NCBI GenBank assembly: GCA_963796055.1
Contig: CAWCKH010000005.1
Span: forward strand, 1-64,000
Source: an uncultured delta proteobacterium
GTDB taxonomy: Bacteria > Myxococcota > Myxococcia > Myxococcales > Myxococcaceae
DNA: 64,000 bases
Direction of reading: 5' to 3'
Below the pieces are notes generated by a model. It ran no database searches. It was given only the letters and a program-made list of their open reading frames with translations, and was not told the origin of the DNA. Below are positions 62,426 to 64,000 of the stretch, piece by piece. The first letter of the stretch is position 1; each line of letters starts with the position of its first letter. Position numbers and translations under genes: made by a program.

Positions 62426-63396
62426 CGGGCGATGGACTGGGGGCCGCGGTCGCGCTCGGTGGCGGCGGCGGCCGAGGTTTCCTCGGCGACGATGTAGAGG
62501 GGCCGGCGCTTCACCTGCTCGTAGATCCGACCGACGTACGAGCCCACGATGCCCAGGAGCAGGAACTGCGCCGCCGCGATGAGGGTGACGACGATGATCA
62601 GCGAGGTCCACCCCTGGATGGTGACGTGCCGGATGTAGTGCTCCTCGAGCGCCCAGGCCGCCACCGCCAGGGAGAAGACTCCCACCACCAGGCCGAGCCA
62701 GGTGGCAATCCGGAGCGGGACGGTGCTGAAGGAGGTGATGCCGTCCATGGCGAAGCGGGCCATCTTCCCCACCGAGAACTTGGTGACCCCGCCCGCCCGC
62801 TCGGGGCGGTCGTACTCCACCACCGTCTGACGGAACCCCACCCACGCCACCAGCCCGCGGAGGAAGCGGTGCGTCTCCTCGAGGCCGCGCATCGCCAGCA
62901 CCACCCGGCGGGACATCAGCCGGAAGTCCCCCGAATCCGGGACGGTGGGCACGGGCGCGATGGAGGCGAAGAGCCGGTAGAAGACCCGGGCGGTGAGCGC
63001 CTTGAAGGCCGAGTCGTGCTCGCGGCGGCGGCGGCGGGCGTGCACCACGTCGAACCCCCCACGCCAGCGAGCGACGAGCTCCAGCACCACCTCGGGTGGG
63101 TCCTGGAGGTCGGCGTCCATCACCACCACCGCCTCGCCGAGGGCGTGGTCCAGCCCCGCGCTGATGGCCGACTGATGCCCGAAATTGCGCGAGAGGCTCA
63201 GGACCCGGAAGCGCGGGTCGGCGTGGGCCGCATCCTTGAGGAGCCGGAGGCTGCCGTCGGCCGAGCCATCGTCGACGAAGAGGACCTCGGTGGCGACGTC
63301 GAGCACCCCCAGCAGCGCGCGCAGCCGCTCGAGCAGCGCGGGGAGGACCTCCTCCTCGTTGAACACCGGGAGCACCAGGGACAGGGTCGGAGCCAC
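62422..63396 (-). CDS. GtrB-like bactoprenol-phosphate glycosyltransferase (GT2 with two C-terminal TMs)
   Basis: PVFNEE, VDDGS, LSRNFGHQ, MDADLQDPP, GDFRLM, YVGRIYEQVKRRPLYIV. Confidence 0.93.
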   Translation of the reverse strand: MAPTLSLVLPVFNEEEVLPALLERLRALLGVLDVATEVLFVDDGSADGSLRLLKDAAHADPRFRVLSLSRNFGHQSAISAGLDHALGEAVVVMDADLQDPPEVVLELVARWRGGFDVVHARRRRREHDSAFKALTARVFYRLFASIAPVPTVPDSGDFRLMSRRVVLAMRGLEETHRFLRGLVAWVGFRQTVVEYDRPERAGGVTKFSVGKMARFAMDGITSFSTVPLRIATWLGLVVGVFSLAVAAWALEEHYIRHVTIQGWTSLIIVVTLIAAAQFLLLGIVGSYVGRIYEQVKRRPLYIVAEETSAAAATERDRGPQSIAR

Positions 63397-64000
63397 TACC
63401 GTTCACCCCAGTGCAGCTTCTGCCGGAGGATGCCGAAGTAGTCGATGTTGGGGTTGCTCACCAGCACCGTCCTGTTCGGCGAGCGCCACACCTCGAGCCG
63501 GTCGCCCTGCTGGAGGGGATGGCCGGTCTGCCCGTCGAGCGTCAGGTAGACGTCTGCCCCCGGGGAGCGGAGCACCACGTTCACCACCTGGTCGCCGGGG
63601 ACCACGAACGGACGCTGCGTCAGGGCGTGGGGACAGATGGGGGCGACCACCGCGCACTCCAGCGCCGGGTGGAGGATGGGACCGCCGACGGAGAGCGCAT
63701 AGGCGGTCGAGCCGGTGGGCGTGGCGAGGATCACCCCGTCCGACTTGAAGGTGGTCATGAACTGACCATCGAGGCTCACCTCGTGGTCGGCGATGCGGGC
63801 CAGGGCGCCCTTGTTGATGACCACGTCGTTGAGGACCTCGTCCTCGAGGAGGACTTCCCCCGCCCGGTGGAGGCGGCAGGCCAGCTTCATGCGGGTGTGG
63901 AGGCGGGCCTTCCCGGACAGCGTCTCGGCGAGCCGCACGAAGGTGTCGGAGCGGGGCACCTCGGTCAGGAAGCCGAGGGAGCCGAGGTTCACCCCCAGGA
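63396..64000 (-). CDS. nadK: NAD(+) kinase, 5'-partial
   Basis: GVNLGSLGFL, LND, DGVILATPTGSTAYALSVGGP, PICPHAL, KLHWG. Confidence 0.95.
   Translation of the reverse strand, partial: LGVNLGSLGFLTEVPRSDTFVRLAETLSGKARLHTRMKLACRLHRAGEVLLEDEVLNDVVINKGALARIADHEVSLDGQFMTTFKSDGVILATPTGSTAYALSVGGPILHPALECAVVAPICPHALTQRPFVVPGDQVVNVVLRSPGADVYLTLDGQTGHPLQQGDRLEVWRSPNRTVLVSNPNIDYFGILRQKLHWGER

Overview
High-GC chromosomal window with typical myxobacterial (Myxococcales) content: a MYXO-CTERM protein, a Myxococcus-type LexA box and an ABC-exported O-antigen cluster. It opens at the left end of an IS110-family element with IS1111-type architecture (about 1-1496). The recombinase gene has a one-base frameshift. 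The 3' non-coding end folds by eye into a two-loop bridge/seek RNA whose loop sequences match the element's right flank and its own right end; this is the most informative signal in the window. The rest holds two tRNAs, cyoE, aceA, a roughly 28-kb surface-glycan region (GT4s, wzm/wzt, rmlBDAC, a GT2-GT2-WsaF-like polymerase, methyltransferases) and the core genes sixA, cyaY, frr, pyrH, tsf, rpsB, secA, an M23 peptidase, a PP2C phosphatase, recN, a SWIM-SNF2 helicase and nadK. Eight polytopic GT-C-like membrane proteins and three polyprenol-phosphate-type GT2s are scattered through the window, some inside conserved housekeeping gene strings. All calls come from reading motifs by eye; no searches or folding programs were run.
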